Assembly: GCA_036230365.1 (NCBI GenBank)
Contig: JAZAJI010000038.1
Location: 1 to 46,581, forward strand
DNA length: 46,581 nt
Source: Pseudomonadota bacterium
GTDB taxonomy: Bacteria > Pseudomonadota > Alphaproteobacteria > MED-G09
Direction of reading: 5' to 3'
In this document: piece by piece, positions 16,402 to 25,979 of the stretch
How positions within the stretch are numbered: the stretch's first letter is position 1
Layout: the number at the start of each line of letters is the position of its first letter
Made by a program: the position numbers and the translations under genes
Notes under the pieces: model-generated
What the model was told of the DNA's origin: nothing
What the model saw: the letters and a program-made list of their open reading frames with translations, nothing else
Databases searched by the model: none

Positions 16402-17766
16402 CTATCTCCTTCCTTCAATATAATCATTTAAAACTTCGTGGTAACGCCTTACTCTTCTTTCTTGGTTAGTCAGTATTGCATCCTCAAAACCTTTTGATTT
16501 AACACCTTTTTGCTGGCCAATGGCCATACTTATATCTTGATCAGTAACATAACCCATAGAACCTTCAGGATATATAACCCATTCATGCTCAGCAGGCTTT
16601 AAAGGTCTTGGCCCAAGCGGTGTTTCTGTCATTTTTTCACCAGCAGTTGTTTCTGTAGTATCAGAACCCATAAATGTTGCTGAAGCTGACAAACTTTCCA
16701 TATCAGGTACAAGCCACCAATGTTCAAAAAGGCATTTCTCAGGATCAGTTGGATGTGGTTGTGGTCTTTGAAACTGTATTCCATCAGGTGTCATTGTTAT
16801 ATCATAATTAGGAAAGCAATTATAAAAATAATAATCAGTCAATTGTTCATTAGTTAAAAATTCATAATGCCAAAACCCTCTTTCTTTAGCTAATTTTCTT
16901 TTCTGCTCTTGTATAGCTAATCTTGTTTCTTGAGCCTTTCCTTGAAAATCTTTTGGGTTTAAATCCCATGCCTCTAAAGCCGCGTCTAGAGGAAAATTAA
17001 CATCATTAGGAGACTCATCCCCTAAAGCAGGCTTATGGCCGGGCATCAACATTCTATTGTGTCCATTGTCATACATATCAAATTGAGAAAACTTATAATT
17101 GTTCTCAATATGAACCGAAAGCTCCGGATGTAAAGTTGGTAAATGATAAGATTCATTAAAATTATCATGTATAATCTTCCAATTACAATCTACTTCACAA
17201 GTTAAATTTAAAACCCTTATGTATCTTTCAGGTTGATAAGGTTTCATATGGTCTATAAGAGGATTTAAAGCCTCTTCGAATTTCTGAGGTTTTTCTGATA
17301 AGTTAACCCAAACAAATCCTAAAGAAACTTCGCAGTGCACTTCTTTTAATTTAATTTTTCCACAAGGATTTCCACCATCAAAATCTTCAGCATCTTGCAA
17401 GTGAGTCAAAACACCTTCAGTATTATATTCCCAACCATGGTAGGTACATTTGAAAGTATCTAAACAACCATTATCAACATGAACAAGAATATTGCCTCTG
17501 TGAGGACAAACATTATAAAATGCTTTAATAGATTTATCTTTTTGCCTTACAACTAATATTTCTTCTAATCCAATCCTATAAACAAAAAAATCATCTGGCT
17601 CAGGAATTTCTGACGCTATTCCAGCTATTTGCCATACTTTAGTCCACATATGATCCCATTCTTTTTGCATAAAATCCTTAGAATAGTATCTTGCACCAGA
17701 AATTTTATCCCCTCTCAATTTAGGATCAGGATGCTTTTCTCTTGGAGTAGGAATCATCTTGTTCAT
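16402..17766 (-). CDS. Rieske non-heme iron oxygenase, alpha subunit (paralogue)
   Basis: CPHRGNIL..CTYHGWEY and DNFNESYHLPTLH. The ATG lies 2 nt after the stop of the SnoaL_4 gene. Confidence 0.85.
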   Translation of the reverse strand: MNKMIPTPREKHPDPKLRGDKISGARYYSKDFMQKEWDHMWTKVWQIAGIASEIPEPDDFFVYRIGLEEILVVRQKDKSIKAFYNVCPHRGNILVHVDNGCLDTFKCTYHGWEYNTEGVLTHLQDAEDFDGGNPCGKIKLKEVHCEVSLGFVWVNLSEKPQKFEEALNPLIDHMKPYQPERYIRVLNLTCEVDCNWKIIHDNFNESYHLPTLHPELSVHIENNYKFSQFDMYDNGHNRMLMPGHKPALGDESPNDVNFPLDAALEAWDLNPKDFQGKAQETRLAIQEQKRKLAKERGFWHYEFLTNEQLTDYYFYNCFPNYDITMTPDGIQFQRPQPHPTDPEKCLFEHWWLVPDMESLSASATFMGSDTTETTAGEKMTETPLGPRPLKPAEHEWVIYPEGSMGYVTDQDISMAIGQQKGVKSKGFEDAILTNQERRVRRYHEVLNDYIEGRR

Positions 17767-17768
17767 TA

Positions 17769-18167
17769 CTATTCACCATGAAGTGATTTAAAAGATCTCT
17801 TTGAAAATTTCCATTCGCCATCTTCTTTAATACACTCATCTTCATATTGGCCGCATGGATGAATCTCTGTTCCGTCAGGAAGAACAGCTGTTTCGAGAGT
17901 ATAACTTCTCATCGCTGCTTTATTCCCATCAATTTTTATATATGCAGGCTGTGCCATCATATGAACAAATGGGAATCCTTTCATAGCTTCATTCCAAATA
18001 TTAACAATATTCTCCTTACCTTCGTTCTTTATGTCTAAATGAGGAATTTCCCAAAGCGCATTTTCAGACCAAGTACTTCCCCAAAGTTCTGGATTTCTTT
18101 GATTAACACCATCACAATATCTATCTAATAACTCTCGAATAGCTAATTTATCTTCTATATCACTCAT
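17769..18167 (-). CDS. SnoaL_4 / NTF2-fold protein (paralogue of 7746-8168)
   Basis: 132 aa with the motifs shared with 7746-8168 listed under that feature. SD GGGGG. Confidence 0.7.
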   Translation of the reverse strand: MSDIEDKLAIRELLDRYCDGVNQRNPELWGSTWSENALWEIPHLDIKNEGKENIVNIWNEAMKGFPFVHMMAQPAYIKIDGNKAAMRSYTLETAVLPDGTEIHPCGQYEDECIKEDGEWKFSKRSFKSLHGE

Positions 18168-18301
18168 TAAACCCCCTATATTCTTAGAAAAAGTTAAAAT
18201 AACTTAACAGACTAATCATAGCTAGAAAATATTTAAATATTTATAATTATTTACTAAAAATGAATTTTGATTTAAAGAAAAACTAGGGGATTAAGAAAAT
18301 T

Positions 18302-19708
18302 ATGAGCGAAGTTATTAAAGATAAAAACATCAAAATTGATAAGCAAAGAACTCCGGATACGAGTTATACCGAATATTTGAGTGAAGATGCTAAAAAAGTT
18401 CCTGATTTCATGGTTGAAGAAAGTTTTGTAGATCTAGGATCGGACGATATTGATATAGAAAGATATACATCTAAAGAATTCTTTAAAAAAGAAGCAGACT
18501 GCATGTGGACAAGAGTTTGGCAATTTGCATGTAGAGTAGAGGATATTCCAGAGGTTGGAGATAGTCTTGTTTATGATATTCTTGATTGGTCTTTTATTAT
18601 AGTTAGATCTGAAGAAGATAAGATTAAAGGTTTTTATAATAGCTGTCTTCACAGAGGAAGAAGAATTAAGACAGATAGGTCTTTCAGTAAAGACTTGGAG
18701 TGCCCTTTTCACGGTTTTTGCTGGAATCTTGATGGATCACTTAAACGCACACCGGCTCCTTGGGATTTTCAACACATAAAAGATAGAGAGTTTAATTTAC
18801 CGGAAGTACGACTAGAAATCTGGCAAGGTTTTGTTTTTATTAATATGGATGATAATGCAGTATCACTAGAAGAATATTTAGCTCCATTACCAGAACATCA
18901 TGAAAGATGGGATTTAGGAAATTGTAAAAAAGTAATACATGTATCTAAAGTTGTTCCTGGAAATTGGAAAACTGTTCAAGAAGCTTTTATGGAATCATTT
19001 CATGCAACAAAAATTCATCCGGAAATTATGCCTTTCCAAGCAGATGAAAATGCACGGTATGACATATATGGTGATCATATGAATAGAAATATTGCCCTTA
19101 CAGGAAAACCAAGCCCCAATTGCCCTGAAGTTGATGAACAAGAAATATTAGATACTATTTTTTATGGCTCAGGAAGAGTTGAAGCTGAAGATAAAATTAT
19201 TGTACCTGAGGGTGCAGAAGCAAGAAAAGTTGCGGCACAAGCAATGAGAGATGCCTTTAGTGAGGCAGATGGTCATGATTATTCTGATAAATCTGACGCA
19301 GAAATGCTTGATGCTATTGTTTACAATGTCTTTCCGAATTTCTCTCCATGGGGAGGTTTTCCAAGAAATCTTATTTATAGATTTAGACCTAATGGAACTC
19401 GAGAAGATTCAGCTATAATGGAAGCAATATTTTTACAAAGAAATCATAAAGATCCAGAAAAACAAGAAAAATACGAACCAATACCGATTCATTATTTGAG
19501 TGAGGATGAAAATTGGGATGATGCTGAAGAGTTAACAGGGATTGGTTTTATTTTTGATCAGGATATGTCTAATATTCCTGAAGTTGAAAGAGGTATAAGA
19601 ACTAAAAAAGGCGGAAAAATTGTTTATGCTAATTACCAAGAAAGCAGACTTCGTCATTATCATAACACTATTGATAAATATATCGCTAAAGGCCCTTTTA
19701 AACCTTAA
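18302..19708 (+). CDS. Rieske non-heme iron oxygenase, alpha subunit (divergent paralogue)
   Basis: CLHRGRRI..CPFHGFCW and EAFMESFHATKIH. Confidence 0.8.
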   Translation: MSEVIKDKNIKIDKQRTPDTSYTEYLSEDAKKVPDFMVEESFVDLGSDDIDIERYTSKEFFKKEADCMWTRVWQFACRVEDIPEVGDSLVYDILDWSFIIVRSEEDKIKGFYNSCLHRGRRIKTDRSFSKDLECPFHGFCWNLDGSLKRTPAPWDFQHIKDREFNLPEVRLEIWQGFVFINMDDNAVSLEEYLAPLPEHHERWDLGNCKKVIHVSKVVPGNWKTVQEAFMESFHATKIHPEIMPFQADENARYDIYGDHMNRNIALTGKPSPNCPEVDEQEILDTIFYGSGRVEAEDKIIVPEGAEARKVAAQAMRDAFSEADGHDYSDKSDAEMLDAIVYNVFPNFSPWGGFPRNLIYRFRPNGTREDSAIMEAIFLQRNHKDPEKQEKYEPIPIHYLSEDENWDDAEELTGIGFIFDQDMSNIPEVERGIRTKKGGKIVYANYQESRLRHYHNTIDKYIAKGPFKP

Positions 19709-20473
19709 TTACGCAGTACTTCCGCCATCAACTGTATAAACCGATCCAGTAATAAAATTACTATCATCGCTTGCTAGAAACAGCATTAACTTTGCTACAT
19801 CTTCAGGTGTTCCATATCTTCCTAAAGGTATGTTTGCCTCCATCATATTTTTAGCTTCGCTTGCCTCACCTGGCATCAAACCTTCCTCAAGACTTCTCAT
19901 CATTCTTGTTTCAATAGGAGATGGATTGACTGAATTAACCCTTATATTTTTTTCAGCACATTCTTTTGCAGCTGATTTCATAAGTCCAATTACGGCATGT
20001 TTACTTGTTGCATATGGGCCTATTCCAGGAGTCCCTGAAAGCCCTGCAATACTAGAAGTTACAATAAAACTTCCACCACCCCTTAAGTCCATTGCAGGTA
20101 TTGAAGCCTTTAAGCCCAAAAAAGGACCCCTAACATTTACAGCTATAACTTGATCAAATTTATCTATACTGTAATCTTCAATATTATTTACTTCACCTTC
20201 AATTCCAGCATTAGCAACAAAAATATCAACTCCACCATATTTTTCTTTAGCAATTTCAACTGCTTTTAAATTATCATCAGGTTTAGTAACATCTCCAGCA
20301 AAATAACTGAGATGATTTGACTCAATTTCCTTACAAGCCTCAACAAGATCGTTCTCATTTAAATCAAAAATTAATACATCTGCTCCCTCTTTCAAAAAAG
20401 CTTTAGCAGTTTCTTTTCCTATTCCACCAGCACCGCCCGTTATTATAGCTACTTTACCTTCAAGTTTATTCAT
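19709..20473 (-). CDS. Classical short-chain dehydrogenase/reductase
   Basis: TGGAGGIGKE, NAG, YATSKHAV (YxxxK). Confidence 0.85.
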   Translation of the reverse strand: MNKLEGKVAIITGGAGGIGKETAKAFLKEGADVLIFDLNENDLVEACKEIESNHLSYFAGDVTKPDDNLKAVEIAKEKYGGVDIFVANAGIEGEVNNIEDYSIDKFDQVIAVNVRGPFLGLKASIPAMDLRGGGSFIVTSSIAGLSGTPGIGPYATSKHAVIGLMKSAAKECAEKNIRVNSVNPSPIETRMMRSLEEGLMPGEASEAKNMMEANIPLGRYGTPEDVAKLMLFLASDDSNFITGSVYTVDGGSTA

Positions 20474-20504
20474 TACAATTTCTCCATTTATAAATAGTAA
20501 TTTA

Positions 20505-21392
20505 TCAGGATGTATCCTTAACTAAGTTTTTTTGAGACGGAAGAGTCGAAAAATCATCTTTATCACCACCAAATAATCTTTCAGGACTCACTGAATCCAT
20601 TGTACCTTCATGATCATTAGGATCTGTATAAAAACCAAGAACAAAACCTCCTTTTGAATAGCCAATTAATGATCTCAGCTCAGGGCTAAAATCTTTAGCT
20701 ATTTCTGGTGGGCAAGATAAGTATTGGTTCTCTTCTTGCCTAAGCCAATTGAGAGTATAATGCATAAAAACGCCGGTTCTGACATCATTTTTAGTTGTAT
20801 TCTTGCCCCCACCATGAAGAACTGTTCCTGTATACAATAAAACAGATCCTGAAGACATTTCTGCATAAGCTATTTCATCTTCTTTAGGCTCTCTATCTTT
20901 TTCCCATTTATGTGAACCAGGGACAATTTGTGTGGCTCCATTTTCTTTAGTAAACTCAGTTAATGCCCATACCGTGCTAAATTGAGTTTCTATTTTTCTA
21001 GGAATATAACCGCCCCAAAGACCTCTATCACGATGTAATATTTGTTTTGTCTCTCCTGGGCCAATACTAACAGCAGAAGTAAAATGCAGTTGATAACCAT
21101 CTCCATAAGGATCTAAAAATTTACCAGCAAGTTCATTGGCCATTGGATTTAGAGCTAACTCTCTGCAAGCTTCTGATCTTGCTAATAGACCTCCAACTCT
21201 TTTTGTCTCAAATCCAGTAAAATCCGAATTCCCTTTAATATAATTATTTAAATAAGGATCTAACTCTTCTTTCATTTGGGCTAAGAAATTTTTATTTAGA
21301 ACATTATCCAATATTACGCCAGCATCCTTATCAATCACCTCTAAAATATCTGAAATGGAAGCGTTAGAATTTAAATGTACTATCTCAGCCAT
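20505..21392 (-). CDS. Phytanoyl-CoA dioxygenase (PhyH) family Fe(II)/2-oxoglutarate oxygenase
   Basis: QILHRDRG (HxD), GATQIVPGSHKW, TVLHGGGKN. Confidence 0.75.
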   Translation of the reverse strand: MAEIVHLNSNASISDILEVIDKDAGVILDNVLNKNFLAQMKEELDPYLNNYIKGNSDFTGFETKRVGGLLARSEACRELALNPMANELAGKFLDPYGDGYQLHFTSAVSIGPGETKQILHRDRGLWGGYIPRKIETQFSTVWALTEFTKENGATQIVPGSHKWEKDREPKEDEIAYAEMSSGSVLLYTGTVLHGGGKNTTKNDVRTGVFMHYTLNWLRQEENQYLSCPPEIAKDFSPELRSLIGYSKGGFVLGFYTDPNDHEGTMDSVSPERLFGGDKDDFSTLPSQKNLVKDTS

Positions 21393-21406
21393 AGATTATT
21401 ATACCC

Positions 21407-21859
21407 CTAAAACCAGCGTCTAACTCTATTAGAGTAGCTTTTATAGTCTTCTCCAAAAAGATTTAACATGGCCTCTTCTTCTGGGATAATTTGAAAAATA
21501 GTTATATATAAAACGAATAAAGGAAGAAAAATAAAACCAACTATCAAACCTTTAAAAACTGAAAGACCAAATAAAAGAAGAAGCATACCTAAATACATAG
21601 GGTTTCTAGTAATTTTAAACATTCCATCAGTAACAAGAGTTGTTGCTTGATCTGGGTTCATTGGATCGATAGTAGTTTCTTTCTTTTTAAAAATTCTTGC
21701 AGAAGAAAATGTCACAAAGATTCCTAAAATAATAAAAATGGACGAAAGTATACCTCTCATAGGAATTTCTAGTACAATAAAATATCTTGATGAGAAATAA
21801 ATTGCCAAAGCAAAAATAAGAGTGACTATTGGTGGAGGTATTTTAGTTTTTAAAAACAT
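21407..21859 (-). CDS. Membrane methyltransferase, ICMT / phospholipid methyltransferase family
   Basis: GMFKITRNPMYLG and EEEAMLNLFGEDYKSYSNRVRRW. 4 TM segments. The ATG overlaps the upstream stop (TAATG). Confidence 0.7.
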   Translation of the reverse strand: MFLKTKIPPPIVTLIFALAIYFSSRYFIVLEIPMRGILSSIFIILGIFVTFSSARIFKKKETTIDPMNPDQATTLVTDGMFKITRNPMYLGMLLLLFGLSVFKGLIVGFIFLPLFVLYITIFQIIPEEEAMLNLFGEDYKSYSNRVRRWF

Positions 21860-22272
21860 TATTGTTGACGAATTCCTCTAGAAACTAACCTATGACAAGA
21901 AATCTTCCATTCACCATTTACCCTTTTCATATCTGTTTCATATGTTGCCCATAATGTAAGAATCTCCCCTTCAGGCTCCTTTAAATAATGTAAAGCCTGC
22001 ACATCTGTGCGACAATGAGCATCATCACCATTTATTGTTGCAAATTGAGGGCCTAACATGTGTTGCGTAGGTCCATAATTAGAAAGCGCACCTTTAACAT
22101 ATTCAACCCAATTATCTCTTCCATTAATTGGAGCATCTCCAAAATCAAGAATCTCAACATCTTCAAGGAAACATGATGAATACAAGTCAAAATCTCTTTC
22201 ATCTACTCCCGCAGCATATTTCAGCATTACATCCTGTAAAGCTATTCTATCTGCAACATATTGATCGTTCAT
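21859..22272 (-). CDS. SnoaL_4 / NTF2-fold protein
   Basis: DRIALQDVMLKYAAGVDERDFD..GEWKIS pattern. SD GGGGG. Confidence 0.65.
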   Translation of the reverse strand: MNDQYVADRIALQDVMLKYAAGVDERDFDLYSSCFLEDVEILDFGDAPINGRDNWVEYVKGALSNYGPTQHMLGPQFATINGDDAHCRTDVQALHYLKEPEGEILTLWATYETDMKRVNGEWKISCHRLVSRGIRQQ

Positions 22273-22354
22273 AATTAACCCCCTTCTATAATTTCTTATT
22301 TTATTAAAGCATAATTTTTGCCATAATTTAAATATTAAGTGAGGATAAAAAATT

Positions 22355-23500
22355 ATGTCTGAAATAAACCCCTTTATGATTCAAATTTCCAATGATGATC
22401 TTGAGGATCTCAAAAGAAGATTATTATCAACAAGATGGCCAGAAAAAGAAACTGTTGAAGATTGGTCACAAGGAATACCCCTTTCTTATATAAAAGAAAT
22501 TAGTGATTACTGGATTAATGAATATGATTGGAGATCAAGAGAAGAATATTATAATTCATTTCCTCAATTTATAACTAATATTGAAGGACTTGATATTCAT
22601 TTTATACATATAAAGAGTCCTCACGAAGAGGCTAAACCTCTAATAATTAGTCATGGTTGGCCAGGTTCTATCGTAGAGTTTCATAAAGTTATTAAACCTT
22701 TAATTGATCCAGTTTCCTTCGGAGGAAAAGCTGAAGACGCATTCCATTTGGTCTGCCCAACTCTACCAGGTTACGGATTTTCAGGAAAACCGTCTCAAAC
22801 AGGTACAGGTGTCGAAAGAATTGCAGAATTATGGGACATATTAATGAATAAAATTGGATACAGTAAATACTTTGCCCAAGGTGGTGATTGGGGCTCTGCA
22901 ATAACTATAGCAATAGGAAAACAAAACAAAGGAAGTTGCCAAGGTATCCATGTCAATATGCCATTTGCCCCACCTACTAAAGAGGCATTAGAAAATCCAT
23001 CTGAAAGAGATAAAATTGCATTTGAAGGTCTTGGCTATTATCAAGAATGGGGATCCGGCTATTCTAAACAACAAAGCACAAGACCTCAAACATTAGGCTA
23101 TGGTCTTGTCGATTCTCCAATTGGGCAAGCAAGTTGGATTATTGAAAAATTTTACGAATGGACAGATTGCAATGGGCATCCTGAAAATATCCTAAATAAA
23201 GAAGAGTTAATAGATAATGTAATGTTTTATTGGCTTACAAAAAGCGCAACCTCTTCCGCAAGACTTTATTGGGAAAGTTTTGGATCATTCGGTGGTAATC
23301 CTGAAGAAAAACTTGAGCTTCCAATAGGGTGCAGTATTTTTCCTAAAGAAATTTCTAGAACCCCAAGAAGTTGGGCTGAGCAGATATATTCAAATATTGT
23401 TTATTGGAATGAATTGAAAAAAGGTGGTCATTTTGCAGCTTTTGAACAACCAGAAATATTTGTTAATGAAATCAGGAATTGTTTTAAAGAAATGCGATAA
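22355..23500 (+). CDS. Epoxide hydrolase, microsomal type (EHN domain plus alpha/beta hydrolase)
   Basis: N-terminal RWPEKETVEDWSQGIPL..YW..YDWR, HGWPGS motif, nucleophile GGDWGS, C-terminal GGHFAAFEQP. Confidence 0.8.
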   Translation: MSEINPFMIQISNDDLEDLKRRLLSTRWPEKETVEDWSQGIPLSYIKEISDYWINEYDWRSREEYYNSFPQFITNIEGLDIHFIHIKSPHEEAKPLIISHGWPGSIVEFHKVIKPLIDPVSFGGKAEDAFHLVCPTLPGYGFSGKPSQTGTGVERIAELWDILMNKIGYSKYFAQGGDWGSAITIAIGKQNKGSCQGIHVNMPFAPPTKEALENPSERDKIAFEGLGYYQEWGSGYSKQQSTRPQTLGYGLVDSPIGQASWIIEKFYEWTDCNGHPENILNKEELIDNVMFYWLTKSATSSARLYWESFGSFGGNPEEKLELPIGCSIFPKEISRTPRSWAEQIYSNIVYWNELKKGGHFAAFEQPEIFVNEIRNCFKEMR

Positions 23501-23515
23501 TTTTTTTGATACTAA

Positions 23516-23866
23516 TTAAAATAATTTATACCCATATTGTCTTGATAGAACATCAACAATAATTACCCCTATTGCAGTTATAAGAATGCTTATAATAACT
23601 GCTATATAAAAGCCAAATTTATTTATAAAAAATGGAAATACCAAAAACATTGGTATCGTCGGAAGTAAATACAAAAGAGTATATGAAATATGCGAAGAAA
23701 TTTTGTCTGTAGAATTACCCTCATAATACATCCATAATATTACCAAGAAAGTAACAATAGGCATTGCAGCAATAAGGCCGCCTAACCTATCATCTGCTTT
23801 TGCAATTTCACTTATTAAGACTATTAAACAAGCAGTTATTATTATCTTTAAAATAATATAAATCAT
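23516..23866 (-). CDS. Small 4-TM membrane protein, DUF3147-like
   Basis: 116 aa. The ILKIIITACLIVLISEIAK start resembles DUF3147 proteins as I recall them. Confidence 0.5.
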   Translation of the reverse strand: MIYIILKIIITACLIVLISEIAKADDRLGGLIAAMPIVTFLVILWMYYEGNSTDKISSHISYTLLYLLPTIPMFLVFPFFINKFGFYIAVIISILITAIGVIIVDVLSRQYGYKLF

Positions 23867-23869
23867 TCT

Positions 23870-24928
23870 TTACTTTATAGATGTAATTTCAATTTTATCT
23901 GAATTTAAAGGCAGTATTACCATTGTACCATCTTCAGAAAGAGTCCAATCTTTTCTAATTTCACTTACACCTCTTACAAACATGTCTTCCATTAAACTTA
24001 GTCTTGGTGCAGGAGTAAGGTGATAAAAAACTAAATGACCTACATTAGCTTTATTTGCTACCTCAGCCGCCTCAATTGGTGTTGTGTGATATGTTGTAAT
24101 ATCTGACATGATTTTAGCAGCAAGAATATTACCAGATTTTTGATTGGTATCCTTGATTATCTTCAATATATGATTGGCCTGAGCTTCGTGAAATAAAACA
24201 TCAGCATTCAAAGAGTTTTTTATAACATTCTCATGATAAATTGTGTCCCCGCTTATCACGATAGACCTTCCTTTATAGTCAAAACGATAACCTAATGCTG
24301 GCTCAACAGGATCATGAACAACTGCAAAAGCCGTTACTTTTAAACCATCATCATTAATAATTATAGGATTTGATAAATCAATAGGGTAAGGCTCAAAACC
24401 TGATACATCTAAAGGTGCAACTTCATCTCCATGATGCTCATTTCTAAATAGATAATCTATAGCATACGCATCTTCAAAGCCTTTAGTGACAGTTTCAACT
24501 CCCTTTGGCCCATAAACAGAAAGTTTTTTAGACCTTGATTGTGCAATCCATGCATTTAAATGCAAATCTGCAAGGTCGGATATATGATCAGAATGAAGAT
24601 GAGTAAACAATGCTGCCTTAACATTTCCTAAATCAATTCTCCAATTTCTCAAATTAGTTACACTTCCATCACCAACATCAATTACATAAAGATTTTTTCC
24701 AGCCTTTATTAAGATACAAGCCTCCGCTCTCCCCGGTGCAGGTAATGGAGATCGACTACCACAGACTACAGCGCTTAAAGCATCTTCAGGTAATGTGGTT
24801 TGGCTACTTAAAATTCTATTAATAGCATTAGCAGTCACTCGGTCTTGAACTGCTGGGATTCTTGTTAAAACAATTATCCCTACTATTAAAATCAAGATTA
24901 ATATGAATATATATCTTAAAATTCTCAT
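23870..24928 (-). CDS. Membrane-anchored MBL-fold metallohydrolase (RNase Z / arylsulfatase-like branch)
   Basis: N-terminal TM helix, then FTHLHSDHISD, GDT and HTT motifs. The ATG overlaps the upstream stop (ATGA). Confidence 0.7.
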   Translation of the reverse strand: MRILRYIFILILILIVGIIVLTRIPAVQDRVTANAINRILSSQTTLPEDALSAVVCGSRSPLPAPGRAEACILIKAGKNLYVIDVGDGSVTNLRNWRIDLGNVKAALFTHLHSDHISDLADLHLNAWIAQSRSKKLSVYGPKGVETVTKGFEDAYAIDYLFRNEHHGDEVAPLDVSGFEPYPIDLSNPIIINDDGLKVTAFAVVHDPVEPALGYRFDYKGRSIVISGDTIYHENVIKNSLNADVLFHEAQANHILKIIKDTNQKSGNILAAKIMSDITTYHTTPIEAAEVANKANVGHLVFYHLTPAPRLSLMEDMFVRGVSEIRKDWTLSEDGTMVILPLNSDKIEITSIK

Positions 24929-25401
24929 TTCGATTCTCTAAGGGATAAAATAAAGAATATAATTAAGAAAATAAGTATATATGGAGCTAGATAGACACCG
25001 GGTGTTGCAGAGCTGTTAAAATTATTAATAACATCCCCGCCTCTACCAAAGAAAGGATAATACAAGAGTCTTACTCCCCACTCAATTATCCAAAACACAT
25101 ACATAAGTGGAACAAAAGATCTATATTTAAAAATAGCTATCCAACATACAAAACAAAAAATTAATTGTGCAAAGCCCCATATAGAAAAAAACCTATATAT
25201 CAATGGCATTGGATCCGGATCGCCCGTTAAAACCATTACATTTGCTATTTCATGAAGACCAAAAGGTTCAAAGAACATATGTATTATTGAACGCCAAGTC
25301 ATCAATGCAAGAACAGCTATAAGCATCCAAAACGCTATTCGACTTCCTGAATAATTATTATTCGCATTTTCAGGAAGGATTTTATTGAAAAAATTTACCA
25401 T
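24925..25401 (-). CDS. Membrane protein, unknown function
   Basis: 158 aa with 4 hydrophobic segments. Overlaps both neighbours. Confidence 0.45.
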   Translation of the reverse strand: MVNFFNKILPENANNNYSGSRIAFWMLIAVLALMTWRSIIHMFFEPFGLHEIANVMVLTGDPDPMPLIYRFFSIWGFAQLIFCFVCWIAIFKYRSFVPLMYVFWIIEWGVRLLYYPFFGRGGDVINNFNSSATPGVYLAPYILIFLIIFFILSLRESK

Positions 25402-25979
25402 TCAAATGCTCCTGTTTTCGTCTCAATGTTAAGTTGGCCTTTTAAACCCGCAGAACGATGTTTTTCGCTTTCTTGATAGTCTGAGTCCATTATCATCTCC
25501 AGCATTGCTTTACGACTCGGATATTTAGCAATTGCAACTACATCCCAAAGCTCTCCTACTTCACCCAGCATCAATCGTTCAACTATTCCTGAAAAAATTG
25601 CCTCTCCTCCAACTTTTTTAAGATGACCCTGCACTTCTTGTCCATAAATTGAGTAAGCCTCTGCACCAGTCAAATTAGTTTCACGACCATCTTCATACTC
25701 TGCTTTATCTTTAAATTTTAGTAAGTTAACCATATATATGGGTGTATCAATATCACCTTCAAATAAACCCTTCATTTGCCCATCAGTTGGTCTTATTGCA
25801 TTTTTTACTTCCATTACTTCATCTCCATTTATTTTTTTTATTGATAGCTTCGACTCTTCTCCAGATCCTCGTGCTTCAAGGATAAGGGGATATATCTCAA
25901 AAATGATATTGGCTCGATAATGCCAACCTACACTTCCTAAGATTATAAAAACACTAATAATAATTACAAAATTTTTCAT
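25395..25979 (-). CDS. Membrane-anchored DUF1330-domain protein
   Basis: N-terminal TM helix, then a DUF1330-like core YMVNLLKFKDKAEY..WDVVAIAKYPSRKAMLEMIMDSDYQ. Confidence 0.6.
   Translation of the reverse strand: MKNFVIIISVFIILGSVGWHYRANIIFEIYPLILEARGSGEESKLSIKKINGDEVMEVKNAIRPTDGQMKGLFEGDIDTPIYMVNLLKFKDKAEYEDGRETNLTGAEAYSIYGQEVQGHLKKVGGEAIFSGIVERLMLGEVGELWDVVAIAKYPSRKAMLEMIMDSDYQESEKHRSAGLKGQLNIETKTGAFEW

Noticed and set aside
18227-18242. AT-only perfect palindromes: AAATATTTAAATATTT (18227-18242), TTAATAT-t-ATATTAA (40200-40214) and ACAAATAA-t-TTATTTGT (9547-9563).
   Set aside because: Palindromes made almost only of A/T are expected by chance in DNA this AT-rich. No second copy or positional pattern supports a function.
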